This document shows, piece after piece, positions 25,850 through 37,073 of a stretch of DNA of 64,000 nucleotides. The stretch is from assembly GCA_021432655.1 (NCBI GenBank), contig MU271180.1, positions 161,183 to 225,182 on the forward strand, given 5' to 3'. The notes below the pieces were generated by a model. The model made no database searches, was not told the origin of the DNA, and was given only the letters and a program-made list of their open reading frames with translations. Position 1 is the first letter of the stretch. Each line of letters begins with the position of its first letter. Position numbers and translations under genes: made by a program. The stretch comes from Atractiella rhizophila (taxonomy: Eukaryota).

Positions 25850-28800
25850 GAATGGGCAAAGTGGTAAGCTGTGATGCGGAGTGTAATGACAAGACCGTTC
25901 AGGTGATAAGAGGTTCAGTGAGGAAGGAGTGTAAGCGGGAGGGTGGAGAGAGACAAGATCTAGACAATAATAAAAGAAGAAATATTAAGACTGTCACATG
26001 TCTTCCCATCTTGTTCACTGATGGTATGCTGAAGAGAAGGACAACATACCTTAAACACTTCTCTGCTACCCCTCACATAGTCCAACACCTAAATGAGCAC
26101 AGTTCACAGAAACAACTCCCTCCAGGCTGATCCAGATTCCATAGTGGCAATGGGGATTTGTTGTACCAAGTCACAGCTAGGGCTTTGCACCGTCCCGTCT
26201 GTCGATTTTTGTGCCTGAGACGGCGACGGGACGGGTGACCCCGTCCCGTCACCCGCACCGTCCCTGAACACAGGGACTGTCTGATGGTGACGGGACTGTC
26301 ACGGCAAGAAAAGGGGTGCAGACGGATGGGTTTGACGGCGAACACGGGTGTTCAACAAAATGTTCCTTTATTCTGTCCGGCACCACCGGAATATCTCATT
26401 CATGCCATGTTCTAGCCACTAACTACTAATGCCGGCAAGCCTAGGCCTATTTGGCTGGGCGGAAAGGTGATTTGGTTGAGCCGGCTATGGCCCACATGCA
26501 GCTGGCCCACATAAGGTTAGGTTTGTAGTGACCCGGAAGTCCCTTCTGGCCGTTTCGGGCCATGCAAAGGAATGTTTGCTCTGCTGCAAACAAGAAAATA
26601 TGAAATTACGAAAAGCTTGCAGCAAAACAAGCAAAAAACCGGTAAAACAGGTTTAAAACTTAAAATTCATATATACCACCCATTGTTCCCTGTCTGACCC
26701 ATCATGGAAGCGCATGAGAGGGCTGACGGACGGGTAGCACCCATCCATTTATACCGTCTGTCGTCAAAAAATCAAAGTTGTGACGGTGACGGGACGGGTG
26801 GCCAAAAATGCCATCCGTCCGGGACCCGTCACCCGTCTTGACGGTGACGGCGCAAAGCCCTAGTCACAGCACTAGATTGTGGAAGGGGTGAGTTGGTCAG
26901 TTGAGATGCAGCTTCCATGTTCAGAAAGGATGTTGAGAGAAAGGGAAGGCTTGTACGAAGAAAGGGGAGTAACTGCAGAAAATTGGGCAAGGAGACGTTG
27001 AAGATGTTTGATGCGGATGGACTTGTGAAAATTTCAAAGAGGGCAACAGCCCCTAACCTGCACTGCCCCTGGCTGGCCCCTGTGGCAATGGAAATGTGGT
27101 GAGTCACTTTGGAGTCATGGATTAGTTTCAAAGTTTGCTTTAAAGTTTGCCATAGGTTGCAACAAGGTCTTCTAGCACCACAGGAGTGAGGGCATATGAT
27201 GAGCTGTGGACTACTAAGCGCTGGTGGAAGCTTCAAGTGAGTCTTCTTCATGTTATTCACTCACAAGAGTATCATACTCAAATGTTCTCAGGACTTGTTA
27301 CCCAATCACAACGGGTGCATTGGTGCCATCATCCTATATTCGGATGGGACGAACGCAGTGAAATTCGGACAAAAGACAGTTCACCCAATCTATATGTGGC
27401 TGGGGAATGTACCTTTACGAGAGAGGAGTGCTAGTGGAAAGGGAGGGTGCCAACTCATTGGCTTTCAGCCCGAAGTAAGTACAATAGCTTTCCCTATTAC
27501 TTTATGACATCGATGAACGAGCGAGTAGATTTCAGGTACAGAACAGCAGAAAAAAAACAAAAAGTTTCGCCTATATCGTCGCTCGGTCTAAAGTTTTGGG
27601 GATTGTCCTCAGGCAAATACGGCGATTTGAACAAGTGGGTTTCAGGGTTAGAGTTGGCAACGAGTTCGACAAGCTGGTGTTTCCACGCCTTTTCCTTTTG
27701 CAGGCTGATCTTGCAGAGCTGTACGTCGTTTCAAATCATTCGCAATGACATAAGTGACTACTACGACAAGTTACAATATGCTCCTCCTTCTTGGAGTTAA
27801 CTCTAAATTCAGATGTCCTGTTTGCCTTGTCCCCAAAGAACACCTCCACCTCATCTCTCATCAATTCCCAAAGAGAACAGTGGAACAGGCTCAATTTCAT
27901 CTGGAGCAATACCGGCAGACAGAACAGCACGACGGCGCAACTGCAGCGGTTAAAGAGTTGACAAGTACTTCGTCACTACGTCCTGAAAAGGTGCGTTACC
28001 ATCCTCTCTGCAGCTGGATCTTATGCCTCGGTAGTCTGCTTTCTATCGCTTGCGGTGTAGCGATGTTTATGATGCCATTGCAGCGGACTCATTACATGTT
28101 TTTGGTGGATTGTACAAGGATCACATTATGCAGAAGATTTTTGAGAAGCTATCGACAGCAAAGAATGAGAAGGTGGACTCATAGTGAGTAATTGTTTATG
28201 TAGATCCAGTTTGTTTATCAATTTTTATTACAGTCTCCTCTCCCTCCCTATGGCTCTTTACGTCATGTACCCAAACGAGGATTGACTAGCCTGGAGAGCT
28301 TTACCTGCATGGAAATTCAGGATACGATGAAAGTACCTCTCCGCTTCAGTATTGCTGATATCTAATCATAGAATTGGCAGTGCCTAATTGTTGCTATGAT
28401 CGGGATTCTTCCCGCTGAGATCGAACAAGAGGTTATTCCTGCCTTACGATCATTAGCTGTCTTCGAGCTTCTTGTCAAGATGCACGTTCAAGATGAAGAT
28501 CAAATCGCAGTGCTGCGAAATGAGAAGATTTTATCCTTTGAACCTGCTCTCACGGTACATTTCAAGTTTCTGAGGGAGTCTCTAATCCAATTTCCTAATG
28601 TTGGGGTTTAGACACTGCACGAGCATTTTGGCATGTCGACTAAATTTCCAAAGGGTCACCTACCTGTACATTTTGTTGACATGATCAGCAAAGGTGGAAC
28701 GCTGGACCATCAGACCACTGCACATGGGGAGCGAGCGCACCGTCCTCTCAAAGAGAACGTCATCGCTCGCGCTGTTCGCAGTACGATCGATGGAGAAACT

Positions 28801-29618
28801 GAAGAATCAGTGAGTTCACATATTCACAGTTAACTTTAGCTCAAGCAGGTACTCTTCGTGCATTTGAATTGATGCAGCTCCAAGCGATTCAACGACGGTT
28901 TGATGCAGCCAATGCATCGCGGCTTGACCGTGGTGCACAGGAACAACGTTCGCCTCAGCGTGAGACGTCAACTTTCTGTCTCTGCGGCTCGTCAAAGGAT
29001 TTTTATATTAAAGCCTACTTCTGCAAAATAGCAATAGAATTCAACACACGTCAAGATCTTATCAATGCTCTTCGACTCTTCCTCCTTCGGCTGATCAATC
29101 CTTCGACCCCAGTGCGTGTCCGCCAACAGCAGCTGCCGCAGATTGATCGGTCTATGGTATGTCCACCTTCAATTCAAGATAGTCATTGATGTATCTCCCA
29201 GATTTGTGATTACACGCTCTTCCGTTGCCCGTTCAACTCATGGATGGATGAAAGGGAGTACGAAGACCTCATCCGCTGCCACCCTGATTGGCAAACGAGC
29301 GGGAAACCACGCTACGACGATGTAATAATCAGAAATGAAGACTGCACTATCTCTTTTGGGCAACTAGTCCGTTTGTTTTCTTGTCGTGTGGATGGGCGGG
29401 AGTTCCAGCTGTTATTACTTCGTGAATACCAGTGGGTCGGAAGGCACCATTTGTCAGGGATGCCTTTCATCAAAGAACAGGAGGTATTCAGATTCCATCT
29501 TCCCACTAGTATTGTTCGCAGTTGCTATGTTCAACCAGATCCCATTGACGATGGTTTCTACCATGTCAATGATCTCGCAGAAGCAGATCTATTTCTTCGG
29601 TTTCAAAATTTATCCTAA
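25850..29618 (+). pseudogene. Plavaka-family transposase, multi-exon, disrupted by stops and a MITE
   Basis: Motifs RAYDELWTTKRWWKLQ, IILYSDGT..KFGQKTVHPIYMWLGNVP...GKGGCQLIGF, CPVCLVPK, KFPKGH, TAHGERAHRPLK and PRYDDVII are typical of Plavaka transposases. Confidence 0.8.
26178..26862. mobile_element. Non-autonomous hAT-type element (MITE), 685 bp
   Basis: TIRs TAGGGCTTTGCACCGTC / GACGGCGCAAAGCCCTA, a perfect 8-bp TSD GTCACAGC (26170-26177 and 26863-26870), and subterminal GACGG/CCGTC arrays. Confidence 0.92.
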
Positions 29619-29980
29619 TCATTAGGTTCACTATATATTGACTTGAAGTACATGCTCGTGTCGTAAAAATAACATTTTTCAGTCTCATTAATGATCAGTA
29701 CCTAACCGGGACCCATCAGATCATGCGTAGTCCATCATTCAGTCATCAGGCTTGACCATTCCTCTGTAGGTAGTGATCAGTACCCGTTCCCGTCCCCTCA
29801 GCCGTCAGGGGCCGTCAGGAAATGATCAGTCTTTAAAGCTTTTCATGACGCTTACATCGATCCGACTGAACGATGAACGATGTGATTCAAGGCAACTGCA
29901 GCCCGTCCCCTCCAACGAGGGTCCCACCACCAACCTCGTCCACCGCATACGTCACATGCACGTCTCTCACCCATCCAAGG

Positions 29981-31614
29981 CTATAACAGCACGCCGGCAC
30001 CCGCCACTCCCAACCCTACCATCACCGCCCCTCTCCATCCGACCTCCGCCATGCCAGCCCAACCGACCCTAAGCGTAGGAGCCCACGAATGCTCATACGG
30101 AGGAAGAGACGCCTCCGCTTGCGTCCCCTTCGGTCCTGGCCCATGTGTTCTCGTTGCATTAGACTGATTAGCGGCGAGGAGGGACATAGTAAAATTGCTC
30201 GTCAAATTGCTCCTCGCCAACGGCGCAAAGCCGACCGCGGGCGGATCGTACTGATAGACGCTGTACACGTTCTTGAGGAACGTGGCGCCGATCACCCAGG
30301 TGGTGATTGACTTTCCAAAGTGAAGAAGGAGCCGAGACAGCGCGTCTCGTCGGATGATGTGTAGGGACCGAGGTTGAAGTCGTCGGGGGTGATGTTGTAT
30401 GTTCGAGAACCGAAGGTTAGGGGCATGTGTACGGTCGTGTTGCAGGGGTAGGAGTAGTAGCCTTCGAATTCGCCCGTTGCTGGCGCGCTCCCTATCCATC
30501 AATCCCATCTCAGCAAACATCCTCAAGCAGTACCAGTAACCAACAGCAATAGTAGAAAACGACCAACCTGGGATGAGGCTATACAGCGCCTGAATAGCCG
30601 CTGCAGGTCCACCAACGAGTGTGGTCCTCGTATCAATAGCGACATTAGTACTCTTCACCGCCGTCAAATTAGTCCCATTGATAGCCATCCTCTCCAGGGG
30701 TACGACCCAATAACTGTCCAAATTATCGGGAATATCCACCCAGTCTCTCGCTCCCTCATACAGCGTCTTATTTGTCAAGCTGGTAGCCTCCGAACCCCGT
30801 CTCCTCGTACGGCGTCACGTTCAGCAGACGAGAGAAGGTGAAGGCGAAGTTGGGGAAGGGGAGCGCGTCGCGGGAGGTGCGGGAAAGGGAGGCGAGAGAC
30901 TGCCACCATGGTGTTTGGTCGGACGTCGCTAGTGAAGACCAGCCCATGCCTGCACATCCATCCACCACACATCAGTCAGTACACTTTGTCGAAACATAGA
31001 AAGGGGTGGAAGAGAACGACGAACCCATCAACCCGCTCACTTGGCCTTGAATCAGGTCCACTGATACGTTGTCGCACAGTGCAAAGCTCTGTTCTGATAC
31101 ATTGTACCCTGCTAGCTTCACCACGTCCGTGTAGAGCTCTCCGGTCGCGTTCCCAAGGCCGTAACGGATGAAGAAGGGTGTATTTGTAGAGGTGGAAGTG
31201 TTTGAGGAGGAAGGGAGGTACGAGGCGCCTTCTGCACAAGCTGTGCAGTTGGGAGAGGTCACCCACAGGTCTGCGGATCCCGTATCGAGTACGACATTGA
31301 AGGTTTGTGGAGGAGTGCCAATCTCTAACGGTGCCTGTTGCAATCATTCATTCCTAAGTAAGGCAAGACCTCACATAGGAATGAAGGGCGAGGACGCACA
31401 AAGTACTCCAAGTCCGCTTTATAATTCGTCAACTCGACCGTTCCCCCAGTGCTCGACTGCGTCTTCGTCGTCACTGTCCCAGTCCCAGTTCCAGTCATTC
31501 CAGTCCCTCCGCGGCCTCCATCACCAAAGGTAGGCGTGCCGTTCTGCTACCTATTCTTCACCCTCCTCTCTTGGTTCTCCCTGCTGTATTTGGGCTGTAA
31601 TCGTGCCATATTTG
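29981..31614 (-). pseudogene. A1 aspartic protease, copy A: 5'-truncated and frameshifted
   Basis: Lacks the signal-peptide region. The second catalytic motif is DTRTT instead of DTGTT. There is a 7-nt deletion at ~30320 and another deletion at ~30780 relative to copy B. Confidence 0.8.
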
Positions 31615-32135
31615 AGCGTCAGGCGAGAGTTGAGCGATGAGAGCAGCGACAGCTGCGAAAGGACCTGATTTATACCTCCTGCTTTCCCTGAGCTAGAGCT
31701 AGTCCCGTTCGAAGATGGAAAAGCGCCTTTGGCCTGGAGTTGCTCGATGACAGCCTCGAGCGCCTTGACATTTTCCCTGAATATCTCGATGTCGAACTTC
31801 TCGACTCGCGGGAGGGAGCGCTGGATGGACTCGAGCGTGTTGTCGAGTGTGGCGTTGAGCGTGGAGTGGGTGTGAGCGAGGTGGGCGGAGAGCGAGGAGA
31901 AGGTGGAGTCGAGCGAGTGGAGGGTCGATGATGGGGGAAGGAGGGAGTTGAGGTAGATGTGTGGGGGTGAGGTTGGCGCAGGGAAGGACACCTGAAGTTG
32001 TCTTGTCAGGGAAACAGCAGATGTCATATCATATCATAAAGAGGAAGTGGCTCACCACACCAATCGTCGTTTCTGGTCGTTTGCTGGACTTGACCACTTC
32101 CTGGTTCACAAATCAACAACGTGATTGCGACATGA
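31615..32135 (-). pseudogene. 5' fragment of COG7 at the duplication junction
   Basis: Matches 16126-16638 with scattered substitutions and runs out of frame into protease copy A. Confidence 0.8.
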
Positions 32136-32374
32136 GTGGCTGAAGCAGTTTGTACGGCAGAGATGACACAGCGGAGTTGACATTACTCGATTACTGTTTC
32201 AATATCTATATGTACTATACTAATGCTAATGTGCTTTATCTACTACGTAGTATAGAGGAATGATGAATGTCTACCAAAAATCGAGTTGCAACCGAAATAA
32301 GTTAGTTGTAAAAAACGATCGTGCGCTCATAAATTGAAAGCGAAGCTAAGTCTATCGCAGCCGCGATATTTTTT

Positions 32375-35300
32375 CTAACCAAGAGGAAACAGTGCTCGAT
32401 TTCGCGGTTCTTGACTAGTGTCGGAATTTGTAGAGGTGGAGGGTGGGGGAGTAATGTGATCGGGGTCAGCGACGTGCTCTTTACGGAAAGACGATATATA
32501 CGTGTTGTCCGTTGAGACTGAGGATTCGCCTGAGGGCATGACACGTTGCGTAGCAAGCGACTCGATGTTGGATGCCGCAGTATCAGTTAAAGGAGAAGGC
32601 ACCTTTTCGTTGTCGCTGGAGGCCGAGACAGGTGGAGGACTGTCAGATGAGTTGGGAGCGGCCGTATAGGCTAGGTGACGTGGGAGTTCCCTCTCCATGT
32701 CCGGATCCACAACCTCGTTCTTCTTCCCCGTTGCCTGATTGTAGGCCTTCAGAGATAGCTGTCGAATTTCGTGGACCATACGTGGCGGGTCGTTGGTATA
32801 ACTGTGTCCAGGACTTGAAACGTTACAGGCATCAACATCAGCGGGAATTATGAGAACGAAAAAAGAAGTGAAAAGAATACGCACAGAAGCATTATCCTAT
32901 TCCTCTTCTCCCTCGTCCCAATCCACACCTGCTCCTCCACACCTTCAAGCGCCATCTCCACCTCCTCATCCAACAGATCCGGAGGCAAAAAGTGAGATCT
33001 TGCGACTTTATCGAGCATCAGATCATGTCGTCTTTTCACCTTTCCAACCTCGCTCTCCACCTCAATGGTCATCTTCACCGTCCACTCGATCCCATCCAGC
33101 GATCCTCCGTCTGCGAAATTAGTGAAGGAGACATCTCGACCGACGTGACGACCGTTGAGGTAGGACTCAGTTTTGATCCGCATACACACTCGTTTGTCAG
33201 GATCTGAAGTCGGATTGACGAAAACCGCCAAACGGTTACCTGTCCCGTCGAAGACCAGTCTGACGTTCTATCGCCAAGTCAAGAGGAGGATCAGTTAGAG
33301 AGTGTTGGAGGAGAGGATGAGCTACGTACTTCTCTCGGAAACATCTCCGTTGCCTCCACCAACACCCTCTCCAACAGCTCAATACAGAGTCCAAAAGCCT
33401 GCTCCGCCTGCTGCACGCTCCCACAGGTAGCAGCGTCCATATCCTCGAGAGGTATATATTGGAACCCAAACCACTGTTTTCCATTATGATGCGCACAAAA
33501 GATGCCATCCATATTCCCAAGACGGGCTTGAAAGGAGTATTTGAGGAAGGCGTTCCGGATGAGATCAAAGTATTCTCGCTCAAATGATTCAAGCTCGCCC
33601 TCGCGTGTCGTTAGGCGGTAATACATTCCCGTCTACATCGTCGCAACGGATCAGGGAGAAGGGAAAGAGGGATGAAGATAAAGGACGAACCTGGTAGTTC
33701 ATTGGATCTATTCGCAAAGGCATCACAGCCCGCGTTTTAACGTCGAAAGCGGGTTTGGGCAAGTTTGGATTCCAACTATCGAGCTGTGAGCGAACAATGA
33801 GCCGTCCCACCTGTCGTCAATTTTATCAGTCTGCGATTGCCCAAGAGAAGAAGAGGAGGAGAATGAGCGCACTCTAGAATAGTGGTATACATGTTCCAGC
33901 TTCTCTGGTTGCTTCTCCTTCGGGCGGGTGAGCAGATAATCATCGAATTTGTCTCCCTCTGAAGTCAAGAGAGCTTCACCTAGGGTGCCCTAAAAGACCC
34001 TAGATTTGAGACCTACGAGGACTGATCAAAGAAAGGAAACTGACAAATTTAGAGAGCATATTGAACCAATGAACACCCGGCATGGCATCCGCATCCCTCT
34101 CCGTGTCCCACTTCGCCGCATCCACAGCGTACCTCCCTCCACCACCGTCCTCTCCCTCTCCGCCAGATTTGATCCGCACCAACTCCACCGCCGCCGGTTT
34201 CAATGCTCCACTCCCAAACGGCGTCTTCGATTCCCTAAACGAGGCATGTTTCAACATGGAATAGTTCGGTCCGGCCCTACTGAGTGATATGAAGATCTGT
34301 TCGAGAGGTCCTCCGACCTGGCTCGTCGACGAGACGAACATCGGCCCTGCTTCCTGGCGTGTGTGCTCTTTAGACTGCGAGTCTGCTCCTGCTCCCCCTC
34401 CAGCTTCGCGTTCTGACGGACAGCCGACCGGGACGAGGTCGAGGAGCTGCAGCAGTTTCTTGTCGCACGATGGTTTGGTGAAGGATCCAATGACGTCCCA
34501 ATCGACGTCCGCGAGCGGCGGTATCTCTACCGGGATATCAAAGTTCTTCACACCCGTCCTCGGGTCGACGAGCATGTGCAAGCCGGGATTGGTGAGGCAG
34601 CGCTCGAGGGCATGCTTGAGGCGAGGGAGGGTGGGGAAGTTGGGATGGGGAAGAAGGGGTTCGAGCGAGAGTGGCTCCAGCCTCGTGTTGGTGCTATTCC
34701 CATTCGATCGGGATCTGGAGGGCTTTTGAAATTCCATTCCTGGAGCTAGCGGCGGGAGAGACGAAGATGCTGGGTCCTCTGATATAGAACTTGGGAGAGC
34801 ACTACCATTGGGTTCCCGTTCCCGCTTCTGCTTCCCTGCCCTCGGATCCAATCCCATCTCCTTCTCTCCCTCCACTCCCTTCACACTCAGCATCTGCTTC
34901 GACAGCTCAAACAAGAAGCTCGCAGCCATGGGATAACCATCTCCTTCCTGTTGTTGCAGCACGCCTGATTGGTGCCCAATTTCCGAAGAGGCGGAGGGGT
35001 GGCTAGGTAGGAGGGATGCAGGATGGCCTCAGTGCCCCTGTGGAAGTCGGGTATGGAAGTTTTCGGCGCCTTGAAGCGGTCTGTAGATGTCTGTTCTTTT
35101 GACATCCGCACAATGTCAGCAAGGGAAGTTGAAGCGTCGTCTTCATGGCTATGGCTCGTACTCGCATTTTCCATCAATACCGTATCTGTTTGGACAGCCT
35201 TGAATAGGGACCTAATCAACCAACCAACACGTGGAGTTAAATTCTCCCAGTTTGAAGAGGAGAGAGAAAGTGAGAAGGAAAGGAGGACAAACATTCTCTT

Positions 35301-36329
35301 CTCCCGCAGCGCTTTCCTACTCCTCCAAGACTCCGGCTTCAACCTGCTCTGCAGCGTGAAGATCCGACCCCTCAGCCTCTGTATCCTCCTGTCCTTCTCC
35401 GGCGCCACCATCTTCCCCTCCAACACCACTATCTGCTTCCTCAGTTTGGCTATTTTCTTGAGCACCGCTTCTTCGTACTCTTTATAGTCGTCGCTTTCTC
35501 TTATTTCTTCCGCGTCGTCTCCTTCCGCCAATTGTCCATTTTGATATTGCGTGGGAGGTGGTACCGATGTTGATGCTGATGCTGAGGGTGATGTTGATGG
35601 TGCTTGCGATGAAGGAGCGAGCGAATTGATACCCGTACCAAAAGCGCGATACGACGAAAGGCCTTCAGCTCTCCACTGTACCTCCTTCACTCCACTTCCC
35701 TCCTCCTCCAGCTCCTCCTTTCCTTTACTACGTTCGATACCACCTTCCTCACGCCCGCGCTCCACAGCATGAACCGCAAGCCTCAAGAACGACCTCATAG
35801 CCCTCGCCTCGGATCGAAGCTGTTTCTCTATCTGCCGAAGATCGCGCAGGTCGCCCATGATGCGGTGGATGAGGTGTTGGATGTCATGTCGTGTATTTCC
35901 GAGCTCTCCTCCTCCTCTTCCTTCTACTTCTCCACTTGCACTTCCACCCGCAGTTTCTTTTCCCTCTTCATTTTCATTTTCTTTGTCGTTTTCGCGCCGA
36001 CTTCCACTCCCTCTTCTACTTTGTTCTTCAGCAACCCTCCCAACGAATCCACCCCTGACTACCCTACTAGTATGCCGTCCGCCTCTTCCTCTTCTACTTC
36101 TACCAATGGCGGCCATGTGACCCAGCGAAGAAACGGGAGGAGCAGATACCTGACTGGGGAGCGAGGTCGTCATTGGAGCCATGCTAGTGTTGGATAACGG
36201 GACTGGAGAGGGATATAAGGAGGCGAGGGAGGAGGAGTGGAACGCTCCATAGGTATACGTTGCCGTTGGTGTGCTAGTGTGGAGGGAGGCGCTGGTCGAA
36301 GCATGGAGGAGGGTGGAGAGACGCTTCAT
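32375..36329 (-). CDS. PET127: Pet127-like, copy B (multi-exon; apparent 1-nt frameshift in a G-run near 34995)
   Basis: Same Pet127 core motifs as copy A and colinear with it. Confidence 0.85.
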
Positions 36330-37073
36330 TGCGCTTTTTCGACAAAATATAAGAAGTGATTATAATCGTTATGAAAACATTTCTTTCGCATCCGAATATC
36401 AGAGATAGAGATCAGATAGGAATAGCCCTGGATAAACACCACAGTGCAAAAATGTCAAGGAGTCATGGTGTGAGAACATGACTCATATTCAGAGTTCCAA
36501 ATTCACCATTGCCCTTTGACCGCGAACGTTTGAGGTGCTCACGCTACGCAAAGCAAACTAGCTTCAACAATCGACGACGAGAGTTTTGTTTGTTAAGGAA
36601 AACCGTCATCTCAAATATTCAAGTGATCGGGAGAGTATATTTCAGTTGGCGAGCACGGAAAGTAGTTCCTCTGTCAGTATTCTCCTTTGATGGCGGAAAG
36701 GGATGCAAGTGGGAGCGATCTTAATAAGCGCCTGACTACCGTTGAACTTCTTTATAGAGGTCGAAGCGGAGCAGTCTGTTCGCGATCTCGAGTTTCATCT
36801 GTCACAGTGAACGTACGTGTTGACGGAGGAATGGATTCCAAATAGCCTCTACGTCTCTTTGTGGAGAATATTAGTTGTGGTATCCATGAAATATCCAGAT
36901 GGGAAATATTGAGCGTCAAGGCGGTTTGATTGATGAACTCGCCAACATGCTATGCTTTTGAGGATTACCTGCAAACCATGGAAGCTGATGAAATTGGTGC
37001 TAGGACCCATTCGAACTCACGCATTTTTCTTCTTCCTTCAAATTTTTGGCACTATTGACGCTTCCGACCCTGG

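Larger units (their letters stand above)
23596..29850. mobile_element. Transposon-derived block with a decayed Plavaka-type transposase, subterminal-like repeats and a nested hAT MITE
   Basis: Absent from unit B. Homology to B ends at ~23595 and resumes at ~29851 (matching 43970). Exact element termini were not identified. Confidence 0.7.
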
